From assembly GCA_041649415.1 (NCBI GenBank), contig JBAZND010000001.1:167128-231127 (forward strand): 64,000 bases of DNA, given 5' to 3'. Shown piece after piece: positions 1-8,906 of the stretch. Position numbers and translations under genes: made by a program. Origin of the DNA: Parcubacteria group bacterium. Lineage in GTDB: Bacteria; Patescibacteriota; Minisyncoccia; UBA6257; Colwellbacteraceae. Under the pieces are notes generated by a model. It saw nothing but the letters and a program-made list of their open reading frames with translations. It searched no databases and was not told where the DNA came from. Numbering within the stretch: the first letter of the stretch is position 1; the number at the start of each line of letters is the position of its first letter.

Positions 1-2
1 GT

Positions 3-1052
3 GCGGCTGTTAAAGGACTGGCTGTCATCGCCTTTGGTTTCGCGATTTTAAACATTTTAAATCCGAATATTGCAAAAGTGGCTGACTTCAGCATTGATAA
101 GACTCCCTTTGGAACATTGCCCATCCCTATAGTGACTCCTCCATCTACTCCTCCGGAAAGCTCATGTGATGATTGTTCATGGGATCAAAAAGTTGCCGGA
201 ACATGTCCTGACCCGTCATGTAACTACGCGTCAAACGAAGAAGTTTGTACTAATTCATGGTATCGTTCACATTGCGATGACGCTGGTCAATATAACCCTC
301 CGTCATGTGCGACAGGTTTCTGTCCCAAAGATAAGTGTACGCGTCCGTGGATAGCCGCGAATTGCCCTAGTACCAAAACAGAATGTACCGCTAGCTGGCG
401 ACAAAATAATTGTCCGTGCGATTCACCCGAAAACGGGAGTTGTGATTGGATAATCGAAGCGTGCACCTCTGAATGGAAAACCGATAATTGTTTACCTGTC
501 CTAAACCCGACGCCTCCCTCACCTAATAAATGTGCTGTTAATTGGCGAAATGAACATTGTCCTACCGACGCTATTCCTGTTCCGGAGCCGCAACCTATTA
601 GTCAACTAGTTTATGGCTTTCTTAAAACAGGTAAGTTTTCTGACGATCCTATTTTAGACGCTCCGTCCGCACCTTGTGCTAAAATATGTCCGAACCCGTC
701 TGTCGCTAACCCCTGTCCGCTTACCATTTGTCAACAGTTCCCCTCACAAACAACCGACCCTGTCTATATTTCTAAGGCTGATTTTGACTACATTAACAGC
801 CATTGCAACGAACTATACGGTAAAACCAGGCTGCGTCTGACAAGTGCTGGATATAATGTTATTTCCGCTTCATGTAAAACAGATTGTGCACATCTATACA
901 CATGCGACGAGCGAAAATTTGTCATAGAAGGAACTAGCTCTAAGGCTCCTTGCGAATGTCGTTTAAAACCGTTTGACCCCTGCGAGGAGAACACTAGCCC
1001 TTCTGACCTAACGTGTTCTCCGATTACACCCGACTGTAGTTACTGTCAATAA
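3..1052 (+). CDS. Cysteine-rich repeat protein, membrane-anchored or secreted; 5' end outside window
   Basis: The frame is open from the window edge to TAA at 1050-1052, so the GTG at 78 in the ORF track is probably internal. A hydrophobic helix AAVKGLAVIAFGFAILNIL is encoded at nt 3-60, followed by a Pro-rich linker. There are 32 Cys in the last 324 aa, including five C-x3-W-x4-C loops. No family recognised. Confidence 0.6.
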   Translation, partial: AAVKGLAVIAFGFAILNILNPNIAKVADFSIDKTPFGTLPIPIVTPPSTPPESSCDDCSWDQKVAGTCPDPSCNYASNEEVCTNSWYRSHCDDAGQYNPPSCATGFCPKDKCTRPWIAANCPSTKTECTASWRQNNCPCDSPENGSCDWIIEACTSEWKTDNCLPVLNPTPPSPNKCAVNWRNEHCPTDAIPVPEPQPISQLVYGFLKTGKFSDDPILDAPSAPCAKICPNPSVANPCPLTICQQFPSQTTDPVYISKADFDYINSHCNELYGKTRLRLTSAGYNVISASCKTDCAHLYTCDERKFVIEGTSSKAPCECRLKPFDPCEENTSPSDLTCSPITPDCSYCQ

Positions 1053-1055
1053 ATT

Positions 1056-1487
1056 CTATCCGATAAACTTAATCACTACCCTCCTTGACTGTCCCTCTCC
1101 TACGCTTTCTGTTTTTAAGTCCGGTCTCACCGATATTTCTTCGTGCACCAGGTGTCTCTCAAAGGCGTTCATCGGCGGAAGAACGACGTCTCCTTTTGTA
1201 GTCGCTGCTTTTTTCGCTCCTGCTTTAGCAAGCTCTACCACGAGTTTTTCCCTTTCCCGATGATGATTATTAACGTCAACCGTTATCGGCCCTTCGTCGT
1301 ATTTTTTGGCGATAAGCTTTAATACCCTGTTGAAGGCGTTAATAAGCGCCGGCATGTTCTTGGCGTTTATTGTCCCGTCATCAATCTTAAGAGATACCCG
1401 CTTTTTTTCCTCATCAATTTCTACACTTGCTTCTTTGAATCCAAAAAGGGGGAGTAGTTTAGTTGTTATTTCCTTTAAGTTCTGCAT
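1056..1487 (-). CDS. jag: Jag/SpoIIIJ-associated RNA-binding protein (KH + R3H domains)
   Basis: Lies downstream of yidC as in the canonical rnpA-yidC-jag cluster. The C-terminal part (PPMNAFERHLVHEEI...GEGQSRRVVI) matches the R3H pattern. Start is ATG at 1487 or TTG at 1511. Confidence 0.75.
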   Translation of the reverse strand: MQNLKEITTKLLPLFGFKEASVEIDEEKKRVSLKIDDGTINAKNMPALINAFNRVLKLIAKKYDEGPITVDVNNHHREREKLVVELAKAGAKKAATTKGDVVLPPMNAFERHLVHEEISVRPDLKTESVGEGQSRRVVIKFIG

Positions 1488-2187
1488 TTCTGAATTTTCT
1501 ATTGCAAACAAACTGCTGTCCCACCGCGAAGATAGTGCTCACCAACCAATAAAGCGCCACAGCCGAAGGCAATTTCCATAAGATAAATACCGAGAAAAGC
1601 GCAAGAAATACACCCATCATATTCCCCGAAAGCATCGGCATTTTGGAATTAGTTTTGTTCTGATTCTTTACCGAAGGAGAAGAAATCTTTGTCTGAATAA
1701 ACTGGATGAGTGCCGTGAATATTATAAGCACTATGTTCCTTTCATTTAGGTTTATAAGCCCAAACGCGATTGGATTAAACGTTCCCGGGTCACTTATAAA
1801 AGGATAAAGAAGGCTTGATATTTGGCCGTTCAATCCGCTCGTAAAAACCTTAAAGAGGCCCCACATAACAGGGAGTTGAATGAGGAGAACTAGAAACGTG
1901 TAGAACGGGTTGATCTTATGTCTTTTGTAAAGCTCCATTAAAAGCTGTGTCTGTTTTTCTTTGTCGTCCTTATGGTCTTCCCTGATTTTCATCATCTCCG
2001 GCCCTATTTTCTGCGTCAGTACTTGCTGGTGGAGCATCTTGTGATACATCGGCGCAAGCACCAAGCGCACCGCAATGGTAAGTAAAACTATCGCCGCTCC
2101 AAGGTCGTGAAAAGCCACCGTGTTATATAAAAACACAAGCGCGTTTATTATTGGCTGGTACAAAAAAGTATTAAATAGATATGACAT
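1459..2187 (-). CDS. yidC: Membrane protein insertase YidC (short, Oxa1-like form)
   Basis: N-terminus YQPIINALVFLYN is followed by multiple TM helices, and the position between rnpA and jag is conserved. Start taken at MSYLFN (ATG 2187); the ORF is open to 2217. Confidence 0.85.
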   Translation of the reverse strand: MSYLFNTFLYQPIINALVFLYNTVAFHDLGAAIVLLTIAVRLVLAPMYHKMLHQQVLTQKIGPEMMKIREDHKDDKEKQTQLLMELYKRHKINPFYTFLVLLIQLPVMWGLFKVFTSGLNGQISSLLYPFISDPGTFNPIAFGLINLNERNIVLIIFTALIQFIQTKISSPSVKNQNKTNSKMPMLSGNMMGVFLALFSVFILWKLPSAVALYWLVSTIFAVGQQFVCNRKFRNAELKGNNN

Positions 2188-2503
2188 CGTTAAGTTCGTT
2201 ATTAAGAGTCTCCTCATTATCCTTTATCTCGGATACAGTAGTCAAAATTATCACTAAAAAGTCGGATGAAGGATTAAATCTTTCCAAAAAGCGTTTATTA
2301 GTTTCGAAAAACCGATATATCAACCTCTCTACCCAATTCCTTTGGACCGCAAGACGTGAATTTTTCCGCGAAACAACCACGCCAACTCGTGAGCGCTTAA
2401 GGCCGTTTTCTTTCGCTTTAACAAGAAGAAACTTGCCTCTGTGGAAGGTCTTAAAATCCTTAAAGGCCAAGCTAACATTTAATTTATACTTGGCGCTAAT
2501 CAT
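2171..2503 (-). CDS. rnpA: Ribonuclease P protein component
   Basis: 110-aa basic protein immediately downstream of rpmH, with an RnpA-like core (FLLVKAKENGLKRSRVGVVVSRKNSRLAVQRNWVERLIY). Confidence 0.85.
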   Translation of the reverse strand: MISAKYKLNVSLAFKDFKTFHRGKFLLVKAKENGLKRSRVGVVVSRKNSRLAVQRNWVERLIYRFFETNKRFLERFNPSSDFLVIILTTVSEIKDNEETLNNELNDVISI

Positions 2504-2511
2504 TTTAAAAC

Positions 2512-2646
2512 TTAAACAGAAAGTCTCTTTCTGCCCTTCGCCCTTCTTCTTCTGATTACCCCTTTTCCTTTTTTTGTTGATTGTCTCTTTAAAAAGCCGT
2601 GAGTTCTCGCTCTTTTTTTCTTTTTGGGGTTATAAGTCGGTTTCAT
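2512..2646 (-). CDS. rpmH: 50S ribosomal protein L34
   Basis: Not in the ORF track because it is under 60 aa. Hand translation of the minus strand gives [44 protein letters not shown], a clear L34 signature, directly upstream of rnpA. Confidence 0.9.
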   Translation of the reverse strand: MKPTYNPKKKKRARTHGFLKRQSTKKGKGVIRRRRAKGRKRLSV

Positions 2647-2738
2647 GAGGCTAAAAATAGGTAATTTTACCCGTTTAGTCAATGATTTTTGCTACATTTA
2701 TACTTAATTGTCAACAAAATCAGCTTATTGTTCGCAAG

Positions 2739-2747
2739 TTATCCACA
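2739..2747 (+). promoter_or_regulatory. Perfect DnaA box TTATCCACA upstream of dnaA
   Basis: Exact 9-mer consensus in the rpmH-dnaA intergenic region. Confidence 0.7.
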
Positions 2748-2875
2748 GGGGCAGCTTTAGGAATTAATCATTCTTTAAAGCGTTATCCCTTTCCCCTGCA
2801 TTTCGGCTTAATTCTGTCGCGTCAAAATTTTAATTACGAGTTTTAAAATTTTTTCAATAGCTCTCGCTAAATATT

Positions 2876-2904
2876 TTGACGCTCGCGCGGTGTCCAAATA
2901 GAAT
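2876..2904 (+). promoter_or_regulatory. sigma70-type promoter of dnaA (TTGACG-17 nt-TAGAAT)
   Basis: TTGACG at 2876-2881, a 17-nt spacer, TAGAAT at 2899-2904, then 7 nt to ATG 2912. No Shine-Dalgarno in between. Confidence 0.6.
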
Positions 2905-2911
2905 GATAGCT

Positions 2912-4258
2912 ATGACCGTTGACGAGCTTTGGAATAGATCTTTAGGTGAAATGGAATTACAAATATCCAGACCTAATTTTCTGACCTGGCTCAAAAATAG
3001 TCGGCTGGTTGATAATAAGAGCGGCGACGCGATAGTAGCTTTACCTAATCATTTTGCTAAAGAATGGGTTGAAGCGAAATACGGCAAAACAATTTTAGGA
3101 ATTTTAAGAACCGAAGACAGTTCAATTAGGAAAATCACTTATATCGTTGACGGAAGTATCCTGAAAAAAAGCGAGCCTCTAAAATCCCCCGAAGAGACGA
3201 AACAATTAGTCTTTGGTGAGTTTAAAACCGACCCGGAATCCGGCTTGAATCCTAAATATAACCTTAAAACCTTTGTCGTTGGCTCTTCAAATGAGCTCGC
3301 TTACGCGGCCGGAACTGCAATAGTTGATGACATCGGCAACAAATACAACCCTTTGTTCATATATGGAGGAACTGGCTTGGGAAAAACTCATTTTATCCAG
3401 GCATTAGGAAACGAAATACATAAAAAACACAAAGGAAAATTTAAAGTTAAATACGTTTCTTCTGAAAAGTTTACAAACGATGTTATTTGGGCCATCCGAA
3501 ACAAGCGTATTGAAGATATCAAAAACGCTTATAGAAACGTTGATGTGCTTATTATTGACGACATCCAATTTATTGGAGGAAAAGAAAAGACCGAAGAAGA
3601 ATTTTTCCATACTTTTAATGCTCTCCACGAAAACAATAAACAAATAATCATCTCTTCCGATCGCCCTCCTCGCGCCATACCCATTCTTGAAGAAAGACTT
3701 AAGTCGCGCTTTGAAGGAGGAATGACGGTTGATATCGGTTTTCCTGATTTTGAAACCAGAGTAGCAATAATTAAAGTTAAACTTCAAGATAAAAAAGAGT
3801 ATCTAGACGATGAGATTGTTGGTTTTTTGGCTGATAAGGTGCAGAGGAACGTCAGAGAACTTGAAGGGATAATTAATAAGATCGTTTTTTATAAAAATCA
3901 TAGTCACTCGTTTGATTTAACTGGCGTGGAAAAAATAATGAACGAAATATTGGAACAATCGGCCGTAAATATTACTCACTCCCAGATAATTAAGTCTGTG
4001 GCCGAGTTCTATGAAATATCAACCTCGGACTTAATTGGACGCGGACGTAAGAAAGAAATAGTTGAACCGAGACAAGTGGCCATGTATTTATTGCGCGAGA
4101 TGCTTAATATGTCCTATCCGTTTATTGCCGAGAAAATGGGGAAAAGAGACCATACGACGGCCATTTACGCTTTTGACAAAATAACCCATTCTTTAAACAA
4201 TAATCCGTCCTTCAACCAAAAATTAACTATGATTAAAGAGTTAATCAATAAATCTTAG
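2912..4258 (+). CDS. dnaA: Chromosomal replication initiator DnaA
   Basis: Walker A GGTGLGKTH, AAA+ core, and a C-terminal DNA-binding domain (PRQVAMYLLRE...DHTTAIYA). Start taken at MTVDELWN; the ORF is open from 2876. Confidence 0.95.
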   Translation: MTVDELWNRSLGEMELQISRPNFLTWLKNSRLVDNKSGDAIVALPNHFAKEWVEAKYGKTILGILRTEDSSIRKITYIVDGSILKKSEPLKSPEETKQLVFGEFKTDPESGLNPKYNLKTFVVGSSNELAYAAGTAIVDDIGNKYNPLFIYGGTGLGKTHFIQALGNEIHKKHKGKFKVKYVSSEKFTNDVIWAIRNKRIEDIKNAYRNVDVLIIDDIQFIGGKEKTEEEFFHTFNALHENNKQIIISSDRPPRAIPILEERLKSRFEGGMTVDIGFPDFETRVAIIKVKLQDKKEYLDDEIVGFLADKVQRNVRELEGIINKIVFYKNHSHSFDLTGVEKIMNEILEQSAVNITHSQIIKSVAEFYEISTSDLIGRGRKKEIVEPRQVAMYLLREMLNMSYPFIAEKMGKRDHTTAIYAFDKITHSLNNNPSFNQKLTMIKELINKS

Positions 4259-4462
4259 TTGAATTACTTGTGGATTATTTTTGTATAACAATTATAAATA
4301 TACTCCCCTCTCTAATCTATATAAAAATTAAACCCAACTTATCCCAATCAGTTTAATTCGTATAAAGTGTGTGTTAAAACATTAAAACAAACATTTCCAC
4401 TTTCCCACAATGACTATTACTACAACAATTTATATTTATTAATTAATAGTAAATACTAATAG
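4259..4462. promoter_or_regulatory. AT-rich dnaA-dnaN spacer, candidate oriC/DUE
   Basis: 204-bp AT-rich non-coding spacer. It holds degenerate DnaA boxes: TGTGGATTA at 4269-4277 (1 mismatch, reverse orientation), plus TTATCCCAA and TTTCCCACA (2 mismatches each). An AT tract ttatatttattaattaatagtaaatactaatag precedes dnaN. Confidence 0.45.
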
Positions 4463-5572
4463 ATGAAATTTACCGTCTTAAAAAATAATTTAAAAAATTC
4501 ACTTGACGCTGTCTCACGAATTGCGGGAGAAAATACTGCTCTACCCATTCTTAAAAATGTCCTAGTTAAGGCGGAAGGCGGAAAGATTGACATAATCGCG
4601 ACTGACCTTGAAACGGCCATTATTAAAACAGTAGCCGGAAAGATAATGGAAGACGGACAAATAACGATTCCATTCGTTGTTTTTAATAATGTTATTAATA
4701 ATATTCAAAGTGAACGAATTGATATTGAAAATAAAGGATTAAATATTCAAATAAAAACAGATAGCTACGAGGCTAAAATTCAGGGAATGAATTATGAAGA
4801 ATTTCCCATAATTCCTAGAGTAGAAAGAAAAGATGAATTTATTGAAATAAAGGGAGAAGTTTTAAAAGAAAGCATCAATGCCGTCATAAGCGCGGCTCAA
4901 ATATCTGAACTAAGACCGGAAATCAGCGGAATACTTCTTGATGTTGATGGAGAAACCATTAAATTTGTGGCGACCGACAGTTTTAGACTAGCTGAAAAAA
5001 CCCTTTATAGTTCCGATTTTGTAAATAATTTTGAAAGAGGATTTAAAATAATTATTCCCTTAAAACCAGCTCAAGAAATCGTTAGAATAATAACCGACAA
5101 AGAAACCATTAGAATTTATTCAGATGAGAGTCAATTAATGGTAAAAGATGACGATATAACGTTTATTACAAGGCTTATTGATGGAAAATTCCCCGAATAT
5201 ACTCCCATAATCCCTAAAAATACGAGCACAAACATAGAAGTAAACAGAGCCGAACTTACAGGAGCGTTAAAACTTGTCAGTTCTTTCAGTCCTAAAAATA
5301 ACGAAGTGATTTTTAGAATTGTCCCCGACCAAAAATTATTGGAAATTTATTCCGCCGACAGTTTGCTTGGTGAAAATAAATACCTTATTCCCGCGAAAAT
5401 AACAGGCGAACCACTAAATATTTCCTTTAATTGGCGGTTTATTATGGACGGACTAAAAAACATTACTTCCGAAACGGTAAATATGGGTTTTCAGGGAGAC
5501 GTTAAACCGTCTGTTATTAAATGGCAAAAAGACAATCCTTATACTTACATCGTAATGCCCATAAAGGATTAA
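4463..5572 (+). CDS. dnaN: DNA polymerase III beta sliding clamp
   Basis: 369 aa directly after dnaA. Typical N-terminus (MKFTVLKNNL...L..V.R) and three-domain length. Confidence 0.9.
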   Translation: MKFTVLKNNLKNSLDAVSRIAGENTALPILKNVLVKAEGGKIDIIATDLETAIIKTVAGKIMEDGQITIPFVVFNNVINNIQSERIDIENKGLNIQIKTDSYEAKIQGMNYEEFPIIPRVERKDEFIEIKGEVLKESINAVISAAQISELRPEISGILLDVDGETIKFVATDSFRLAEKTLYSSDFVNNFERGFKIIIPLKPAQEIVRIITDKETIRIYSDESQLMVKDDDITFITRLIDGKFPEYTPIIPKNTSTNIEVNRAELTGALKLVSSFSPKNNEVIFRIVPDQKLLEIYSADSLLGENKYLIPAKITGEPLNISFNWRFIMDGLKNITSETVNMGFQGDVKPSVIKWQKDNPYTYIVMPIKD

Positions 5573-5615
5573 CAGTGCCTTTTATTTCTCTAAAATGCCC
5601 CCTTTAAAGGATGTT

Positions 5616-8051
5616 CTATCTATAAATGATGACTTCCTTCTCTCCACTCGCTCCAGAAGAATCAGCGGCCTTAATTACTAATTTATTTTGACTTCGAAAT
5701 TCGTTATTGGAAATGACTTTTTGATAATTCATCTCGGTCCCAAAATTTCCAGTCATTACGTCAATTAATTGGTCGTTTAAGTAAACCTCAACCTGCGTAA
5801 TAACCGCTCCGGAATGGATTGTTGACTGGAGTGATAAATCTCCCGTTATAAAATCCCCATTTTTAATGCCGAAAAATTCTATTTTCGGACCGTCCCCAAC
5901 CACTCCCGGTGTTTCCTCTCCTTCCGCATAGGAATAAGTCGGGGTAGATATTTCGGGTAATATGTTGTTTCTTAGCCAATTTTGAACACCCTCTTCCCAG
6001 TTGAGATACTGCGGGTCGGTTAACCTATTCAGATAAAAAAGTATATTGTGCGGATTTTGTCTGTCTAATTCTCCGCGCAAAACAGGTATGGTCGTTGCCT
6101 GTGGCTCCGGTTTGGGAAAAGGCTCGTTTGGTCTCAATTTTACGGCCTCGGCAAAAAAATCGTGCCACATTGGAACAGCCGCCAAAATACTTGAACCTCT
6201 TTGTTGTAAAGGATAGCGATCATTATTTCCGGCCCAGACTCCCGCCACAAGATTCGGAGTATAACCGAAAGTCCACGCATCAACGTAGTTATCGGTCGTC
6301 CCGGTCTTCATGGCTATTTGATAGCCGGAGACGCCGGTTAAATTAAGACTTGATTGAAAAAGAGGCGCTCGCAAGTTTCTATCGGATAAAATATCACTTA
6401 TAAGTCGCGCGTAATTTTCCTCCACTATTCTCTCCGAATGTTCCTTGTATTCCTCAAGCGCCTTTCCGTTATTGTCTTCCACTTTAAGGATGAAAGTATA
6501 AGGATTCCTTACGCCATCATTCGCTATTATGGAATATGCTTCGGCCATTTCTATGGGTCTCACCTCACCTCCTCCCAAAACAAGAGATAAACCGAGACGA
6601 CTTCTATCCGAAAGCGTCGTTATACCTAACTCTTCTGCCAAATCCAGCACATCGTTAAAACCGGCGAGATAAAGCGTTTTAACGGCGGTTACGTTAATTG
6701 ATTCCGCCAAACTCTCTTTAAGAGTCACCGGCCCGCGAAAAATATGGTCAAAATTTTGTGGATGATAGCATTCGGTTCTCTCATCGCTGTAGTTCGGTAT
6801 TGCCGGACAATTTGGATTGTTAGCTGAAAATTCGGTCGGAACGTCAAATAAAATGGTGTCGGGAGTGAATCCTTTTATAAAAGCCCCCATATAGACAAAC
6901 GGCTTAAAAGACGATCCCGGCTGTCTAAGACCTTGAGTTATCACATCAAAATTTCCTTCAAATCGGCAGGATGACCCTTCAATGCATCCTTCCGGTTCCG
7001 GCGGGTTAAAGTAATTCTTTGACCCGACGAGCGCGAGCACTTGACCGGTCTTTGGGTCCATGGCAATTAGGGCGGTATTGTGCCCGGAATAAAGCTCCGT
7101 ATTTCTGTCCCCTCCCGCCTCAACGGCGGAATTAGCAATTTCTTGTAAATCCACATCAAGGGTAGTGGTTATTTTAAGACCCGCTTTGGAAACGAAATCC
7201 TCTCCATACTTGTCATTTAGATAGTCTTGAACTGCCATTACGAAATGCGGCGCGATGGCGAAAGAGGCCGTCTTTGGCTGTTCCATCACCGCTGGTTTGT
7301 TATCTTTGGCAGAATTATATTGTTGCTCATCTATCATCCCCAAAGCCTTCATCTGGGAGAGAACGTATTGCCTTCTTTCTTCAAGTTCAATCGTGTGCGA
7401 CCCCCACGGAGAGTAATAACTAGGAGCCTGCGGTATGGCAACGAGCATTGCCGCTTCAGAGAGACTTACTTCTTTTGCCGGTTTTCCGAAATATGTTTGT
7501 GAAGCGGCTTCCACGCCATAGGCATTTTGACCGTAGGGAATCTGGTTGAGATAAAGATTTAATATTTCATCTTTCGTGTAAACGTGTTCCAAACGATACG
7601 CCAAAATTAGTTCCTTTAACTTGCGTATAATCGATTTCTCGGGCGTCAAAAACGAATTTTTAGCGACCTGTTGAGTTATCGTTGATCCGCCTTGCGCGCG
7701 ATAACCCTTTTGGATGTCAACAAAGACCGCCCTTAAAGTCCCTCTTAAATCAAACGCGGAGTGTTCGTAAAAACCGCTGTCTTCAATGGCGATGGTTGCC
7801 TGACGCAAAACGTCTGGAATTTCTTCGGGCGACAGATAAGTTCTCTTTTCTTCACCGTGTATTTCGTATAGTAAAGTTTCACCGGTCCGATCAAAAATCT
7901 TCGTAGATTCCGTAAGCTCATGCGAAGCTATCTCTCCTACCGTTGGTAAATTCCGGCTCAAATAAAGAAAGCCTAAAACTCCGAGCGCGACTAAAATCCC
8001 GGTTATTCCTAAAGCCCAAATCAATATTTTTTTAATCTGTATTTTTTTCAC
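5616..8051 (-). CDS. Bifunctional class A penicillin-binding protein (glycosyltransferase + transpeptidase) with C-terminal extension
   Basis: N-terminal TM helix. GT51 motifs are IAIEDSGFYEH and GGSTITQQ. Transpeptidase motifs are SSFKPF (SxxK) and KTGTT. An extra C-terminal domain of about 130 aa follows. GTG start. Confidence 0.9.
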   Translation of the reverse strand: MKKIQIKKILIWALGITGILVALGVLGFLYLSRNLPTVGEIASHELTESTKIFDRTGETLLYEIHGEEKRTYLSPEEIPDVLRQATIAIEDSGFYEHSAFDLRGTLRAVFVDIQKGYRAQGGSTITQQVAKNSFLTPEKSIIRKLKELILAYRLEHVYTKDEILNLYLNQIPYGQNAYGVEAASQTYFGKPAKEVSLSEAAMLVAIPQAPSYYSPWGSHTIELEERRQYVLSQMKALGMIDEQQYNSAKDNKPAVMEQPKTASFAIAPHFVMAVQDYLNDKYGEDFVSKAGLKITTTLDVDLQEIANSAVEAGGDRNTELYSGHNTALIAMDPKTGQVLALVGSKNYFNPPEPEGCIEGSSCRFEGNFDVITQGLRQPGSSFKPFVYMGAFIKGFTPDTILFDVPTEFSANNPNCPAIPNYSDERTECYHPQNFDHIFRGPVTLKESLAESINVTAVKTLYLAGFNDVLDLAEELGITTLSDRSRLGLSLVLGGGEVRPIEMAEAYSIIANDGVRNPYTFILKVEDNNGKALEEYKEHSERIVEENYARLISDILSDRNLRAPLFQSSLNLTGVSGYQIAMKTGTTDNYVDAWTFGYTPNLVAGVWAGNNDRYPLQQRGSSILAAVPMWHDFFAEAVKLRPNEPFPKPEPQATTIPVLRGELDRQNPHNILFYLNRLTDPQYLNWEEGVQNWLRNNILPEISTPTYSYAEGEETPGVVGDGPKIEFFGIKNGDFITGDLSLQSTIHSGAVITQVEVYLNDQLIDVMTGNFGTEMNYQKVISNNEFRSQNKLVIKAADSSGASGEKEVIIYR

Positions 8052-8124
8052 GCTTCTTAATTATACATCGCCCCATACCATCCGGTACGGGGCGACTGTG
8101 ATTCATCTATTCTTCTCTCTCTAA

Positions 8125-8325
8125 TTAAAATTCTTCTTCTTCGTTTAATTCGTCGTTTCCATCATCAATACTCTCTTCTTCATCCTCATCTTCAAAGTCA
8201 TTATCATCGTCGCTTTCCTTTATTGAAAAGCCTTCCTCGTTGGAATTAAGCTCATCATAATCGTTATTACTTCCGCCTAATTCTCGAGACTCATCGTCTC
8301 CCCAATCGTTTTCTTCAGGGTTCAT
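8125..8325 (-). CDS. Small hyper-acidic protein (66 aa, about half D/E)
   Basis: The ORF reads MNPEENDWGDDESRE...DEDEEESIDDGNDELNEEEEF. It sits between ruvC and the PBP gene, and a hairpin follows at 8068-8095. Coding status is plausible but unproven. Confidence 0.45.
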   Translation of the reverse strand: MNPEENDWGDDESRELGGSNNDYDELNSNEEGFSIKESDDDNDFEDEDEEESIDDGNDELNEEEEF

Positions 8326-8408
8326 TATTAATTAACGCGTTTTTGCCGACCTTTTTATTTCTGTCGGAAAGAATATCACAAAGATTTTTGAGGTCAAGGG
8401 TTTGATTA

Positions 8409-8906
8409 TTAGGGGATTAAAGCGGCCGTAATGGCAATCGCCAAAGCATCAGAAGCGTCGTCAATCGGATGGAAATCTTTGAGCCCGAGAATGAGTGCCA
8501 CCATTTTCAAGACAGCTTTCTTATCAGCCGATCCGTAGCCGCTAATGGACTGTTTTACTGTATTCGGGCTGAATTCTCTGATAGGGCAAGATGCCTCCGC
8601 CGCGGCGAGAAGAATCACCCCCCTTGCTTCAGCGACAGTCATGGCGGTCGTTTGGTTTTTGGAAAAGAACAGTTTCTCAACCGCCATCACGTTCGGCTGC
8701 AGCCGTTTAATGAGTGCGAGCATCTCCTCATGAATAAAAAGCAGCTGTTCCGCGGCATAACCCTTCTCTTTTTTCTCTATTATCCCCTGCTCTAGAAGCG
8801 AAAACTTTCCCTCCTTAAAAGCCACGGCGCCATATCCTATGCGATGCGTCCCCGGGTCAATACCCAAATAAATTAGGGAATTAGTTTTATTTCTTAATAT
8901 TGGCAT
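8409..8906 (-). CDS. ruvC: Holliday junction resolvase RuvC
   Basis: LGIDPGTHRIGYGAV N-terminal catalytic motif, 165 aa, downstream of yebC as in many bacteria. Confidence 0.9.
   Translation of the reverse strand: MPILRNKTNSLIYLGIDPGTHRIGYGAVAFKEGKFSLLEQGIIEKKEKGYAAEQLLFIHEEMLALIKRLQPNVMAVEKLFFSKNQTTAMTVAEARGVILLAAAEASCPIREFSPNTVKQSISGYGSADKKAVLKMVALILGLKDFHPIDDASDALAIAITAALIP

Noticed and set aside
8068-8095. Hairpin TCGCCCCATACC-atcc-GGTACGGGGCGA between the acidic ORF and the PBP gene.
   Set aside because: No T tract follows on either strand, so it is not a canonical terminator. It directly abuts the putative PBP -10 box. Function is unclear and the evidence is too thin for a feature call.
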